DNA of 63,728 nucleotides, counting the filler, from Chiloscyllium plagiosum (taxonomy: Eukaryota): assembly GCF_004010195.1 (NCBI RefSeq). It is 6 parts of one record of this genome, joined end to end, with 100 filler letters (N's around TTAATTAATTAA, not from the genome) between each part and the next. Parts side by side here need not be neighbours in the genome. Positions count along the whole stretch, not along the records: positions 10,496 to 31,361 come from NC_057711.1; positions 31,462 to 49,048 come from NC_057711.1; 4 more parts are not named here. One strand, written 5' to 3'. Position 1 is the first letter of the stretch; every line of letters begins with the position of its first letter. The notes under the pieces were generated by a model. That model worked only from the letters and a program-made list of their open reading frames with translations, searched no databases and had not been told where the DNA came from. Both the position numbers and the translations under genes were made by a program. Positions 26,341-37,996 of this stretch are shown here, in pieces.

Positions 26341-27071
26341 CCTGTTTGACTTCTTTTTATTCATCAAAGGAAATGTTGCTCTCTGTTCAATCTTTCTTCA
26401 CAATTATACCCTTTCACTTCTGTCTGCAAGTTCTCCAGTATCTCCAGTGCAGTCGAGCCAAGGCTATACCTAAATTTCCTGTTACTTCCCTGTGCTTGGC
26501 TTCTATTCCTCCAGTTTGTACTTTGTTGGAATTTATATGGCCTTATCAACTTACTTAATTATTTTTGGTGGTTAGTCTATCTGCATTCACAGATCTCTTT
26601 GCTCCATTTAGTTTCTCCTCTCATTAAGCATAACAGGAAAATCCAGTCACCTCATATTGTAGTATATTGAATACTATTTGCCATTTACTTAAACATGATG
26701 TCAGCCTTTTTATGTTTTCTTATATTTTCATGTCGTCCTTCACATTATTAGTACCAATTAGGGATTATTTATATATCTTGATGCTACTGTTGGGTAAAGC
26801 CTCATGTCAACATGCCAGCATGCCTTTAGAGGCATACTTATGATACCATTTCTGCATCAAAGCTTGTGACATGAGGGTATAAATATCTCTTACTTGTCTT
26901 ACTCCAGAGCTTCTTGAGGCATGGCACACGATTGGAAATAGGCTGCCCTGTTGCAATCTAACAGCTTAACATTAGTTTAAACAGTTCATTACCTGTGGAT
27001 GTAATGTTTGTATATAATAACTAGCTGTTGGATTCTTGAATACCACAATATCCATGCCCAGTTTCCTAGTT

Positions 27072-27097
27072 ACATAACATAACATAACATAACATAA
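27072..27097 (+). repeat. (ACATA)n microsatellite
   Basis: About five consecutive acata units. Confidence 0.9.
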
Positions 27098-27547
27098 AGG
27101 ACTGCTGCAGCAGGTAAAACAAGACTCCACCATTGTGCTACAGAATCCTGCATTTGCTCCAAAGCGTGAGAAGCTGACTTAGTTTTACATTTAATAAAAG
27201 TTTATGGTTGAGATGTTTTGATGCTTTTCAGCCCGATGGTGGTAGTGGTGGCAGGGTTTAGCAGAGACAGAACAGATAGACATTCATTGACAAAATGGGC
27301 TTTCAGGCTGTAGCATGTTCAAAGAAAAATCAATAAATGAGTTGAAATGAATAGACCCATTTTGTTTAAGTTTACATTCCACTTTGATGCCAAGTTAGAA
27401 CTTTGAAAAAGTTTTACACTTCCAAAAAAAGGGAAGCCTAATGTCTGGAGATATATTTAGGTTATATGTTTTGTAAGCTCTGGTCTGATTGTTCCATTTC
27501 CAATGTGGCCCCATGTAATTGCCATGGCACCTGGTCAGTCTTGGCCT

Positions 27548-28335
27548 GAGGCACAATTTTCCACTCCCCACTTTTCACCTCATTTATTGTGCAGCATGGA
27601 TGTTGGGTACAGTACCCAAAGAATTGAGTGGCAAGTAGGGCAGAAGGGCTTGCCACTGCTGGGTCTGCCTGGTTCAAACATCTCAGCTGCCATCCATAAT
27701 GCCCAGCTATACAGCAATTCAGATGCTGCAAGCTGGGCACCACCTTACAGCAGTGCTTGAGCCTGAAAACATCAGAAAGGAAGGCTAGTGGATGGGGTAG
27801 AAAGGGTAGTCCTTTCTCCTGCTCATTGCCAAAAGAGATCATCTTGATAGATCGAGCCACCTCGGACACAAATATCTGCATGAGTTAATACTGTGCCCTG
27901 AGGTAAAAGGGATGGCCAGCAGTGCAGAAAGAATGTCAATGATTTCCTGTGTTTCACAAGTTTAAGTTCCACCATCTTCACTCTCCTCACACTCCCAGGG
28001 TCAGCTTTCAATCTAACTTTGCCATTGCACACACATCTCACCAAGTCTGATGGACCGCAACCCTCAGTATTGCATGCATCAAATATCTCACCGAAGTTGC
28101 TGTCTCAAATTATGTTTCTTCCTCTATCATTTCCTCCTCATTCACTGGTGGCACCTCACTACCCCTCCTGCTCAAGTATGGTCTCTAATTGCTTTTGCAT
28201 CCATTTCTAACAAACTCGTTACTTCCTTTTGTCTTGTTGCAGGACATGTTAGCCTATCACCAGTTGAGAGGTCCAAGACTGGTCCAGGGTGTTGGGACAG
28301 AAGTGCTAGATATCATGTTCTCACTCCCTTAAGTA
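27548..28335 (+). pseudogene. PIF/Harbinger transposon relic: two-exon Myb/SANT-like DNA-binding gene
   Basis: AP.YS.A...LVDGVERVVLSPA..QKRS....P..TQISA*VNTV..KRDGQQCRKNVNDF (27737-27961), decayed donor (t)taagt, strong acceptor ttccttttgtcttgttgcag at 28242, then D.LA..Q-ERSKTG.G..VLDI..LTP. Possible terminus gaggcacaattttcc at about 27548. Confidence 0.75.
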
Positions 28336-28730
28336 GTGCTGTGCTAGAATGTTCTGCCCCTAATATGGATGCGCCAAGTTGCCTTTGTGGGAAAATTGTC
28401 AATTGTAGACCTATGGAATATTCAGAATTTTCTGGATCTGCACAGAAACATGCCCTATCACTTTAGCCATGGACACTTAATGTCAAGGACAAAGTGAGAA
28501 AGTAGGCATGCAACTTTGACCTTAGTTCAGATGACACTTTCTCTCAGGAAGACAGAATGGTTCTAGTGAGTATCTAGCAGGAGGAAGAGTTCCACTCAAA
28601 CCCCTCTCAAAGTTTCCACTGGGGACACTCCAGCATTGCTCGCCTCCTTCATGCCTGTGATTCTGAAGCCTGCAGTAGTTCAAGCCAAAGAGTGAACGTG
28701 TATCTAGACAGGGGACTCTCAACAGATTAT

Positions 28731-29489
28731 AGAATCTTAGAGTTCTACAACATGGAGACAGGCCCTTCGGGTCAACTGGTCCATGCCAACCAAAATGTCC
28801 ATCCATGCTAACCCTATTTCCCTGAACTTGGTCCATATCCATCTAATCCTTTCCTATCTATGTATTTGTCCAAATATCTTTTAAATGTTGTTAATGCAAC
28901 TGTCTCATCTACTTCCACTGGCAGTTCATTCTATATGCATACCACCCTCTTGTAAAAATGTTGACCCTCAGGTTCCCTTTCATTCTTTCCCCTCCAACTG
29001 TCTCAATAAAACATATAATCAAGAAAGAACCCACTCTACTCACTACTGCAGACCTATTTTAAGGCCGCGCTTAAACTCCACTTATCTGCTTCTGTGTTGT
29101 GACCATTCCCAGACAGGTTCCTACAAGATTAGTTGTAAAGTTTACTGTTTTTTTAATTTTCCCAGACGCACTCTAATGTCCAGTGATACATGAATTCAAC
29201 AGCAAAGGCAGTAACTGCTAACTCTGTCAGTTGCAATGTGGGTTTCTTGCTCTCTCTCCTGCACTGACCTCACCACGTGCTTCCTTTGTCTGCTTTTCTT
29301 GTTTTTAAAAGCGCTATTGTTTTGACTTTTTTTTCTCCAAAATTCCAAAACAATACAACAGCATATAAAACAGTAATTGATGCTCCTGGAGTTCTAGGAA
29401 ATCACCTCCAACACTTAAAATACCTCAAAAAAGGAGCAGCTTTACAGACAGAAATTTTTCCCATCCTCCAACTTAGATTACACAGAATC
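28731..29489 (-). mobile_element. Internally deleted CR1 (putative 5' UTR fused to 3' end)
   Basis: CR1 3' end at 28737-28995 adjoins a 5'-UTR-like block whose terminus matches 10838-10880. agaatc occurs at both 28731-28736 and 29484-29489. Confidence 0.6.
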
Positions 29490-30319
29490 CTCTTTCTTCA
29501 GGGACCTCTAGCTCCAAAGGCATGATGGGAGGACTACTTAAAACTTTCAAGTCTACAAGCAACCACAGAGAGTAGTCTCTCTTCACCGAAGCATTAGAAG
29601 TCAGATATTGAGATATAGTGGGAGAGAAAGGACGAAAAAAACACATTGAGGCACATAAGTAGCACGAGCGTCGCATCATTGGAAATAACCTTTCCTTCTT
29701 ACCACTACTACTTTTGCTTGCATAATTAAAATATCTATTATTGCAAAACTTTTGTTGTTGGACGGGTCAAATCACACCCATATGAGAGATGAGAACCCTC
29801 TTCAGATAGCAGGACTTGCAAAGGCTAAGCATTGTTCACCTCTCACAAGCAACTAACTCCTGAACTTCAGGTAACTTCAGAAAAGAGGGATCCTTGGACC
29901 TTGATTTTGATGACCATAGCCAAGGCTTTGACACTTTAATGTGAACAACACTGAAGCTAGGATCTGGCTGTGCACACATTGTTCTATATTTACATGTACC
30001 TTGTGAGCAAGAGTACAGAATCAGTGATGGTTTACACCTCTTTTGGCAAACATTCATTTAGCTTATCAAGATGTCTCACTTGCATGCAAGGCTGGGAGAT
30101 GTACAATGGACAGTTATATATTCACTCTTCCCTGTAGCACATTGGTCTGTAGAAAAAAGCTGCACAAAATGCTGCCTCTCAACAGTTTACACTGTCATGA
30201 ATAATGCTCAAACCTTTCAAGGCAACTTAATAGTGTGTGCACACTCTGGAATACCAGAGGTTTACTAAAGATGACAGGGTCAAAAGAAGTTTCTTCAGAG
30301 TTCTTGTCAACTTAGCAGC

Positions 30320-30502
30320 TACCCCACCAAACCCATTCAAGTAACTCTACATTCCCTGACCTGCATATCTTTCAATTGTGGGAGAAAAAAGAGCACCAGG
30401 AGAACTTGCAAACTCCATACAGGCAGTAGCCCAAGGCTACAATCAAACCCAGGTCTCTGACAACATGAGGCAGCATTTCTAACCACTGAGTCAGTGTGCC
30501 CT
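30320..30502 (-). mobile_element. Decayed HE1-like SINE
   Basis: Minus strand reads ggcacactgactcagtggttagaaatgctgcctca..., followed by a V-domain. Confidence 0.7.
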
Positions 30503-30827
30503 TTTTACTGCACCCTAGAAGAAAAATATCTGTAATTTACTCTGTTCCCTTTGCACATGGTCACAGACGTTTTGTGAAGTTATTGTGCATTTGATTTTTG
30601 ATTTTGGTATGGTGTGATTCAAACTGGTATAAATGAATTTCATGTTCTTTGCACACATAATCTTGCCTGTGGCCCCTGTGATCTTTCAGCCTCCCTCCAT
30701 TTTGGTTGAGCTCTTTTACATAATTGGTAATGTGATTGCTTTAATACCAGGGGGGCAGGGAAATTATGATGTGGTGAGGCATGACTTAGGATGTGTGGCT
30801 TGAAAAAGTAAGAAGGCAAGGGCGTAA

Positions 30828-31361
30828 TTGATATGTGCAGCTTGTTCAAGGAGCAACTATTGAGTGTCCTTGATAAGTATGTACCCGTCAGGCAGGGAGG
30901 AAAGGGTCATGTGAGGGAGCCGTGGTTTAATAAGGAATTGGAATCCCTTGTTAAATGGAAGAGGGCAGTCTATGTAAAGATGAGGCGTGAAGGTTCAATT
31001 GGGGCGATTGAGAGTTATAAGGTAGCCAGGAAGGACCTGAAGAGAGAGCTAAGAGCAGCAAGGAGGGGACATGAAAGGTCCTTAGTTGGTAGGATTAGGG
31101 AAAACCCTAAGGCTTTCTATAGGTATGTCAGGAATAAAAGAATGACTAGGGTAGGAATAGGTCCAGTCAAGGATAGTAGTGGGAAGTTGCGTGTGGAGGC
31201 TGAAGAGATCAGGGAGACACTGAATGAATACTTTTCGTCAGGAACAGGATATTGTTGCCGATGTGAATACTGAGTCACAATTAAGTAGAATGGACTGCTT
31301 TGAGGTATGTAGGGAAGAGGTGTTGAAAATTCTGGAAAGGGTGAAAATAGATAAATCCCCT
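30828..31361 (+). mobile_element. CR1 ORF2 linker fragment ending in a gap
   Basis: EPWFNKE...RIRENPKAFYRYVRNKR...LNEYFSS. Confidence 0.9.
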
Positions 31362-31461
31362 NNNNNNNNNNNNNNNNNNNNNNNNNNNNNNNNNNNNNNN
31401 NNNNNTTAATTAATTAANNNNNNNNNNNNNNNNNNNNNNNNNNNNNNNNNNNNNNNNNNNN

Positions 31462-32548
31462 TTCGACGTGGGGGCGGAGATCGGCGTGGGGCGGGGTTAG
31501 GCGTGCAAACGGAGATCGGCATGGGGCGGGGTTAGGCATGTGGACGGAGATCGGCGTGGGGTGGGGTTAGGCGTGATGACGGAGATCAGCATGGGGGCAG
31601 AGACGCATGCGGCATGGTCATTGTGCAGGTGAGTGATGTCACTGGGGGCGGAAGTGGCTGCGTCGATGGCAGAAACGGTGTTGTTCCCGATAGCCGTGGA
31701 CCCCGCGGAGGCCGCGAATCTGTCAGCGATGGTCTTCCTGGCAATCGTGGATGCGGTTATCTGGCGGCAATCGCGGAGGCTGCATGGTTGGTGGGGGTGG
31801 AAGTGACGTCATGGTTCGCGGCGGAGGTTGCTGCAGCGGCTGCGTGGTTAATGGCGCTTAGTGATTCCGGAGGCTGATGGAAGATTCTGGAACAGTTCAG
31901 GAACCAAGAGTGTTGGGGTAAGTACATGAATGTTTTTGGTACTTACTGTCTTTAATTTCCGATATGGCTAGGAAGAACTGTTTGTTTAGTGTATGGATTC
32001 TTCTGTGGATGAAGAACAGTAGAGGTCCTTTGCAGGTCTGTGAGAGTGTTGTCCTGCGCTGGGGTAGGGCTGACTGCAGGGAATCTAGGTAGCGGCGCAT
32101 GGCTGCAAGCGTGGAGCGGAGGATCGGGAGGGAGGTCTGTTGCTGGAGGCTTCGGATTTGTTGTAGGTACTGGTTGTCCTGGTTGGGTCCAAATTTTGTT
32201 GGTCTGAACGTCGTCCGGATTCCGTGCAGGGTCAATCGGTTCCATAGGCAGGTGCTGAGGAAAGAGATGTGGCTGTGGTAGCGAGTCTGCTTGAGAACGT
32301 GGCTGAAGAGCTTCTGCGCAGAGGAGATGACCTGGGGGGTGCAGTGGGACAGGGACTCACTGAAATCCTTGTAGAGGGAGGAAGAGAGCTTCTTCAAGGA
32401 AGTCATCCTTGTAAGAGGATTCGCAATAGGTTAAAATCAACTAGAAGAAAGTGAGGACTGCAGATGCTGGAGATCAGAGCTGAAAATGTGTTGCTGGAAA
32501 AGCGCAGCAGGTCAGGCAGCATCCAAGGAGCAGGAGAATCGACGTTTC
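31462..32548 (-). mobile_element. PLE family A 5' region: pLTR, then N-terminal ORF and GC-rich repeat region
   Basis: pLTR (32445-32548) ends in an acceptor-like ctcactttcttctag just upstream of ORF 31897-32406 (MTSLKKLSSSL...LKQTRYHSHISFLSTCL). Confidence 0.8.
31475..31600. repeat. 35-bp GC-rich minisatellite
   Basis: Units starting cggagatcggcgtggggcggggttaggc at 31475, 31510, 31545 and 31580. Confidence 0.9.
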
Positions 32549-33160
32549 NNNNNNNNNNNNNNNNNNNNNNNNNNNNNNNNNNNNNNNNNNNNNNNNNNNN
32601 NNNNNNNNNNNNNNNNNNNNNNNNNNNNNNNNNNNNNNNNNNNNNNNNNNNNNNNNNNNNNNNNNNNNNNNNNNNNNNNNNNNNNNNNNNNNNNNNNNNN
32701 NNNNNNNNNNNNNNNNNNNNNNNNNNNNNNNNNNNNNNNNNNNNNNNNNNNNNNNNNNNNNNNNNNNNNNNNNNNNNNNNNNNNNNNNNNNNNNNNNNNN
32801 NNNNNNNNNNNNNNNNNNNNNNNNNNNNNNNNNNNNNNNNNNNNNNNNNNNNNNNNNNNNNNNNNNNNNNNNNNNNNNNNNNNNNNNNNNNNNNNNNNNN
32901 NNNNNNNNNNNNNNNNNNNNNNNNNNNNNNNNNNNNNNNNNNNNNNNNNNNNNNNNNNNNNNNNNNNNNNNNNNNNNNNNNNNNNNNNNNNNNNNNNNNN
33001 NNNNNNNNNNNNNNNNNNNNNNNNNNNNNNNNNNNNNNNNNNNNNNNNNNNNNNNNNNNNNNNNNNNNNNNNNNNNNNNNNNNNNNNNNNNNNNNNNNNN
33101 NNNNNNNNNNNNNNNNNNNNNNNNNNNNNNNNNNNNNNNNNNNNNNNNNNNNNNNNNNNN

Positions 33161-33435
33161 CTTACTTCTCTCCAAGGCCCCAAGGGATCCTTCCATATCC
33201 GCCATAAATTCACCTGCACCTCCACACACATCATTTACTGCATCCGCTGCACCCGATGTGGCCTCCTCTACATGGGGGAGACAGGCCGCCTTCTTGCGGA
33301 ACGTTTCAGAGAACACCTCTGGGACACCCGGACCAACCAACCCAACCACCCCGTGGCTCAACACTTCAACTCCCCCTCCCACTCCACCAAGGACATGCAG
33401 CAGGTCCTTGGACTCCTCCATCGCCAGACCATAGC
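33161..33435 (+). mobile_element. PLE GIY-YIG endonuclease fragment
   Basis: FTCTSTHIIYCIRCTRCGLLYMGETGRLLAERFREH...PVAQHFNSPSH, a CCHH-type PLE GIY-YIG domain. Confidence 0.92.
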
Positions 33436-33929
33436 AAGATTCTTATCTTGTTTTAACAGGGGCTCAGTCCAAAACACCAAAGAGTGGAAACACATGTAAA
33501 AACGAAAGTGAAGACACTAAAACGCAGAGTGCAAGGGCTAAGCCCTGCCACAACATCAGCTTAGTCCTTTTTTCAAACATGAAACAAAAAAAAAGTAACA
33601 CACAGGCTACAACCCAGCCAGTGAAACAACAGTTCCCTAGCAAGAACTGAAATTCACTAGTAACACACTGTCTCCAAGTTTTTTAAAACTTTTATTAAAT
33701 AATGCAAATTAGATGCAACAATTAACAATGACAGCTGTATACAAGAAACAGCAATTTACAAGGGAGAGGGGTGGCAAAGCCAGACCCCAAACCCCACTGT
33801 ACAACCTGTTTTCAGGGAAATGAGGACAAACCTCAAATCCCACTTTCAGTATCACAGAAGTAACAGTAACAAATACATTCCAGGCAGTCCAATTTAATAT
33901 GAAACCGTGCATAGAATACAGACACCCTC

Positions 33930-34640
33930 AACATCTGACCCTCCCACCTTCCAGTCACTCAATGGTAGCCCGCTCCAATGCCCCTTCGGCTTTTGGTCCG
34001 ACCCCACGCCCCTTGTGGCTCTTGATGTGCCCTGACACATCTCTGGCCACCTCTAGGAAAGCTTGTCCTGCTTCCCCACCCCCACTCCCCCCAGGATGAT
34101 AACAATCAGGATGACCTACCCACCTTATGGCTTCCCTTAACACCCTCTCTTGCCTTCTGGCCACCTCAAGGACAAGCCTACCTCAATACCTGCCCAGGAT
34201 GACAGCACTGAGGACAGCCTACCTGCCTTTCGGTCAATCCCTACATACCATCTGGCTCTCACCCACCCTGATGTGTCATCTGGCCTGTGCACTGCCCTGA
34301 CACACCTTCCGGCCTCATCTAGGACAGCCCGTCCCTTTCCCTGGGACAACAGCACACAGGACAACCCACAAACCTTCCACATCTCAGCCTGCCCCTATGC
34401 GCCTTCTGGCACTTGGCTGCTCCGACACACCTTCTGGCCACCTCCACGACAGCCCATCCCAATTGCCCCTTCTCAGGATAACAGCCCTCAGAATGGCCTA
34501 ACCCCCTTCCGGCTCTCGTGACGACTGGCATTGGCGTGGTCTACTCACCTTCCGGTCTTCAGGGCAACCTACCTACCTTCCGTTTCACAGGTCGGCCTAC
34601 CCACCATCTAGCTCTTGGGGTGACAGCTTTTGGAATGACC
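33930..34640. repeat. Degenerate C-rich repeat array, unclassified
   Basis: Recurrent cctacccaccttc(c/t)ggc and ggacagcc motifs, about 10 irregularly spaced copies. Confidence 0.55.
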
Positions 34641-34925
34641 TATGAGCCTCCCAGCTCACAGTGAGGCCTGCCAGACACAAGACAGTCCAGGTGATAAACC
34701 CATCAAGCAACAAGACAGAGTCAACTACCAACAATCACAGTACCTTCTGGTACACCGAGTCCATTACCATAAACAGTTCTCTCCAGTATGCAGAATGCAT
34801 TGTCAAAGATAGAGTCCACAACCAAAGGCAGAATCCATTCTGGTATGCAGAGTCCACTCCTGAAGGCAGCAAATACATACCCCACAGCACAAACACACAG
34901 ATGTTCAGTCTCCATAGAGGCCTGG

Positions 34926-35618
34926 TGTTACAACACAGAGTAAACCCTCCTGCTTAATATAAAACCAGCAACACAGTAAAGATATATCCCACACAGTCAT
35001 CTGTAAAACTTCAAGTGGCCAAGAACTATTTAAAGTAAAAATTAACAACATTATTTCTTAAAGTATAACAGACAATAATTAACTGACACTATTTACCATT
35101 TCTTCCTCTAACCTATCTTTTACCTTCCTTTATATAATACTAGTCTGATAAAACTCCAATTAAGATTTACAAAACCACACTTCTTATCTGAAAACCAGGC
35201 CACTTTCATTCTTCTATTCAGATCTTCCTGTGTCTTCTTTTCTTTTTCTTAGGAATTTCTGAGTCACAGGTTACTAATTGAAAAGGTACCTTTTTAAGAG
35301 AGCTATCTTTCAGGCAGTCTCTTTACCTGCTGGGTTTGTCAGTTCTCCTCTCAACTGTTCAATTTTCCCTGGTCTTGTACCCCCAAAGCACTGGATTATG
35401 TCATTGGTTTTTCAAATTGTCAATATACTCAATTCAAACTGGATTGGATTATAATTTAAACTGATTGGCTGAATTTGAACTTTTTTTTCTCCAGGCAACG
35501 AGCTAATCGAGTTATTCGACCATGTGTTACATTGTTGCATCATTGAGAACACTTGGTGATGTGTCCGGTAGTTCTGTTGCTTTTAATCCTCTTAAAGTAT
35601 ACCCATGTCTTCATAACA
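34926..35618. mobile_element. Solo LTR (Gypsy-like), 693 bp
   Basis: Termini TGTTA...TAACA; 4-bp TSD CTGG at 34922-34925 and 35619-35622; same family end at 54430-54542. Confidence 0.85.
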
Positions 35619-36408
35619 CTGGTCTATGCAGAGAGAACTAGGCCCACTCACAGTAATAGAGTTCATTGTAAAAGGCTTCCTTTTTCTCAGTAAGATCCCT
35701 TTGATTAGGTTGGCCATAATGGTTCTTCGTATTAACAATTGATTTTTATTATTTTAAGGCTGAATTAGGTAGACTCTTAGTTGACAAGTGAGTTGAAGTG
35801 TGTAGATGACAGGCAGGGGATCACACTCAAATCAGCCATGATCTTAACAAATAACAAAATAGGCTTAATGGGGCAAATAACTTTGTCATGTTCCTAATTC
35901 ATATGTGCATGTACTCATATGTATAATTTCCCATTTGAATATATCTGAATGTTCTATCTTCCCTTTGGAATGCTTAGGCACCAAATCAGCAATGCAAAAT
36001 GGCTGCATCAACATCATATTTCTACACCATGACTTTTCCTGCCCATCCTCTCACCCTTCCTACCCCAATCACAGCCTTAAGTAGTCATTGAATGATTTCC
36101 AAACATTTACTACTACAGATAGCAGATCTTTTTAGGAAGATTTCTACTGTTTAAGGAGCTCCTCCTGATATTGGCTCCTGAACATGCTTGAAAGCTTATT
36201 CATCAGGGGCACTTAAATGGCATGTAGTTGCTGTCCTGTAAACGATAAATAGGGAAATTGATAGCCAAAGCTGAAGTTATGTCACGTCAATTGATTCTTT
36301 ACAGTGAGAACAAGTTGTTATTTGGTAAGGATATCAATATCATGTTTCAAGTATTCTTGGAATATTTCAAGTATTCCCAACATGTTTCCAAAGAAGGGCT
36401 TTTCAACA

Positions 36409-36568
36409 TCCTGTGTCTTCTTTTCTTTTTCTTAGGAATTTCTGAGTCACAGGTTACTAATTGAAAAGGTACCTTTTTAAGAGAGCTATCTTTCAGGCAG
36501 ACTCTTTACCTGCTGGGTTTGTCAGTTCTCCTCTCAACTGTTCAATTTTCCCCGGTCTTATACCCCCA
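36409..36568 (+). repeat. 160-bp near-identical copy of 35226-35385 (LTR interior)
   Basis: tcctgtgtcttcttttc...ccccca at both sites with only about 3 substitutions. Confidence 0.93.
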
Positions 36569-37056
36569 CAGAAACTCCAACTGGCTAATGAATAGTATAG
36601 TGCGATTCAAACGAGAAGATATTTAATCAATAGGTAGTTGAATTCAAAATAAGAAAAAAATCAGCCTAAGTAGCATTATTTGCTGCCAATCTTGGCCGTA
36701 GCTGGAGAATTCTTGGCTTCTCAAAATTTATTAACTGAACTGTTTTTCACAAGATCTTACTTAAAAAGAGAATCAAAATTTTCACCTGTTTCAGCCGAAT
36801 TAAATTCTGCATATCTTATTTGTTCAAACTTTTCATGCTCCAAACAAACCTCAATTCTCTTCTACTCCTTTCTCCCTCACATAACCATCTGGCTTAATCT
36901 TTAGTGGGTAAATTTTATTCACCTCAATCGTTCTGTGTAATGTTCTGTGAGTGCCATGTTCTAAACATTCTTTGAGTAAAGATTTTCTATGATTGCATAA
37001 GTATTAGATAAGAACAGACAGAGTGCATGGAATTCACTATCTGTATAAACAATATG

Positions 37057-37996
37057 ATGTGGAGGTGACAGTGTTGGACTGGGGTGGACAAAGTTAAACA
37101 TCATACCACACCAGGTTATAGTCCAACAAGTTTATTTGGAAGTGTAAGTTTTTGGAGAGCTACTCCTATGTTGGTAGCTACTGGGGTAGGATCATAGGCC
37201 ACAAAATTTATAGTAAAAGATCAAAGTGTCACACAACTGATGCGATGTATTGAACAAACCTAGATTGCTGTTCAGTCCTAATCACTTAGAATGGGGGTGC
37301 AGGTTTCGATTAATTAATATGTAAATCCCAGAACTTCTTTCAATTCACAGTTCTGAGATAACTTAAGGTTTTATTTTTAAAGAAGTGACATCTCAGCTCA
37401 GGCAATGCTTTAAAGATGTTATGTTAGAGTCTGTTTATATGCCAAGCTTGAGTCAGACTGGTTCTATTTCCAAAGTGGAAATTTATAAAATGTCACATGG
37501 ACTGACTGCCTACAGATTGTGTGCATTTTGAACAAACTGGAATGTCTCTATAAATACAAATCTGCAAATACAAATTCATATAACATTTTATAATTTCCTA
37601 CCTTGGAAATAGAACCACTCTGACTCAAGATTGGGTTACGGACAGACTCTAACCTCACACCTTTAATGCATTTTCTGAGCTGAGATGTCACATTTCTTTT
37701 TATAAAACCTAAAGTTATCTTGCAATGGTGACTTGAAAGAAGTTCTGGGATTTACATATTAGTGAATCGAAACCTGCATCCTCATTCTAAGTGATTAAAG
37801 ACTGAACAGCAATCTAGGTTTATTTAATACATTGCATTACTTGTATGATACTTTGACTTTTTACTGTAAATTGTAAATTCTGCATCCTACAATCCTGCTC
37901 CATTAGCTACCTGATGAAGGAGCAGCGCTCTGAAAGCTTGTCCTTCCAAATAAACCTATTTGTCTACAACCTGGTGTTGTATGACTTTTAACTTTG
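37057..37996. mobile_element. PLE family C long inverted-repeat insertion
   Basis: Arms 37089-37495 and 37581-37996 are imperfect reverse complements with an 85-nt spacer. Confidence 0.85.
37908..37942 (+). ncRNA. Minimal hammerhead ribozyme motif (PLE family C)
   Basis: tac-CTGATGA-a-GGAGC-agc-GCTCT-GAAA-GCTT-gtc; palindromic AGCU in place of stem III. Confidence 0.65.

Noticed and set aside
31475..31600. Regularly spaced repeats as a CRISPR-like array (also 48895-49048)
   Set aside because: Contiguous tandem units without unique spacers, in a vertebrate genome with no cas genes.
31462..32300. CpG-rich stretch as a host promoter island
   Set aside because: It lies inside a young PLE.
32464..33499. 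Long ORFs of 240-337 aa
   Set aside because: They are mostly X residues read through a 612-nt gap.
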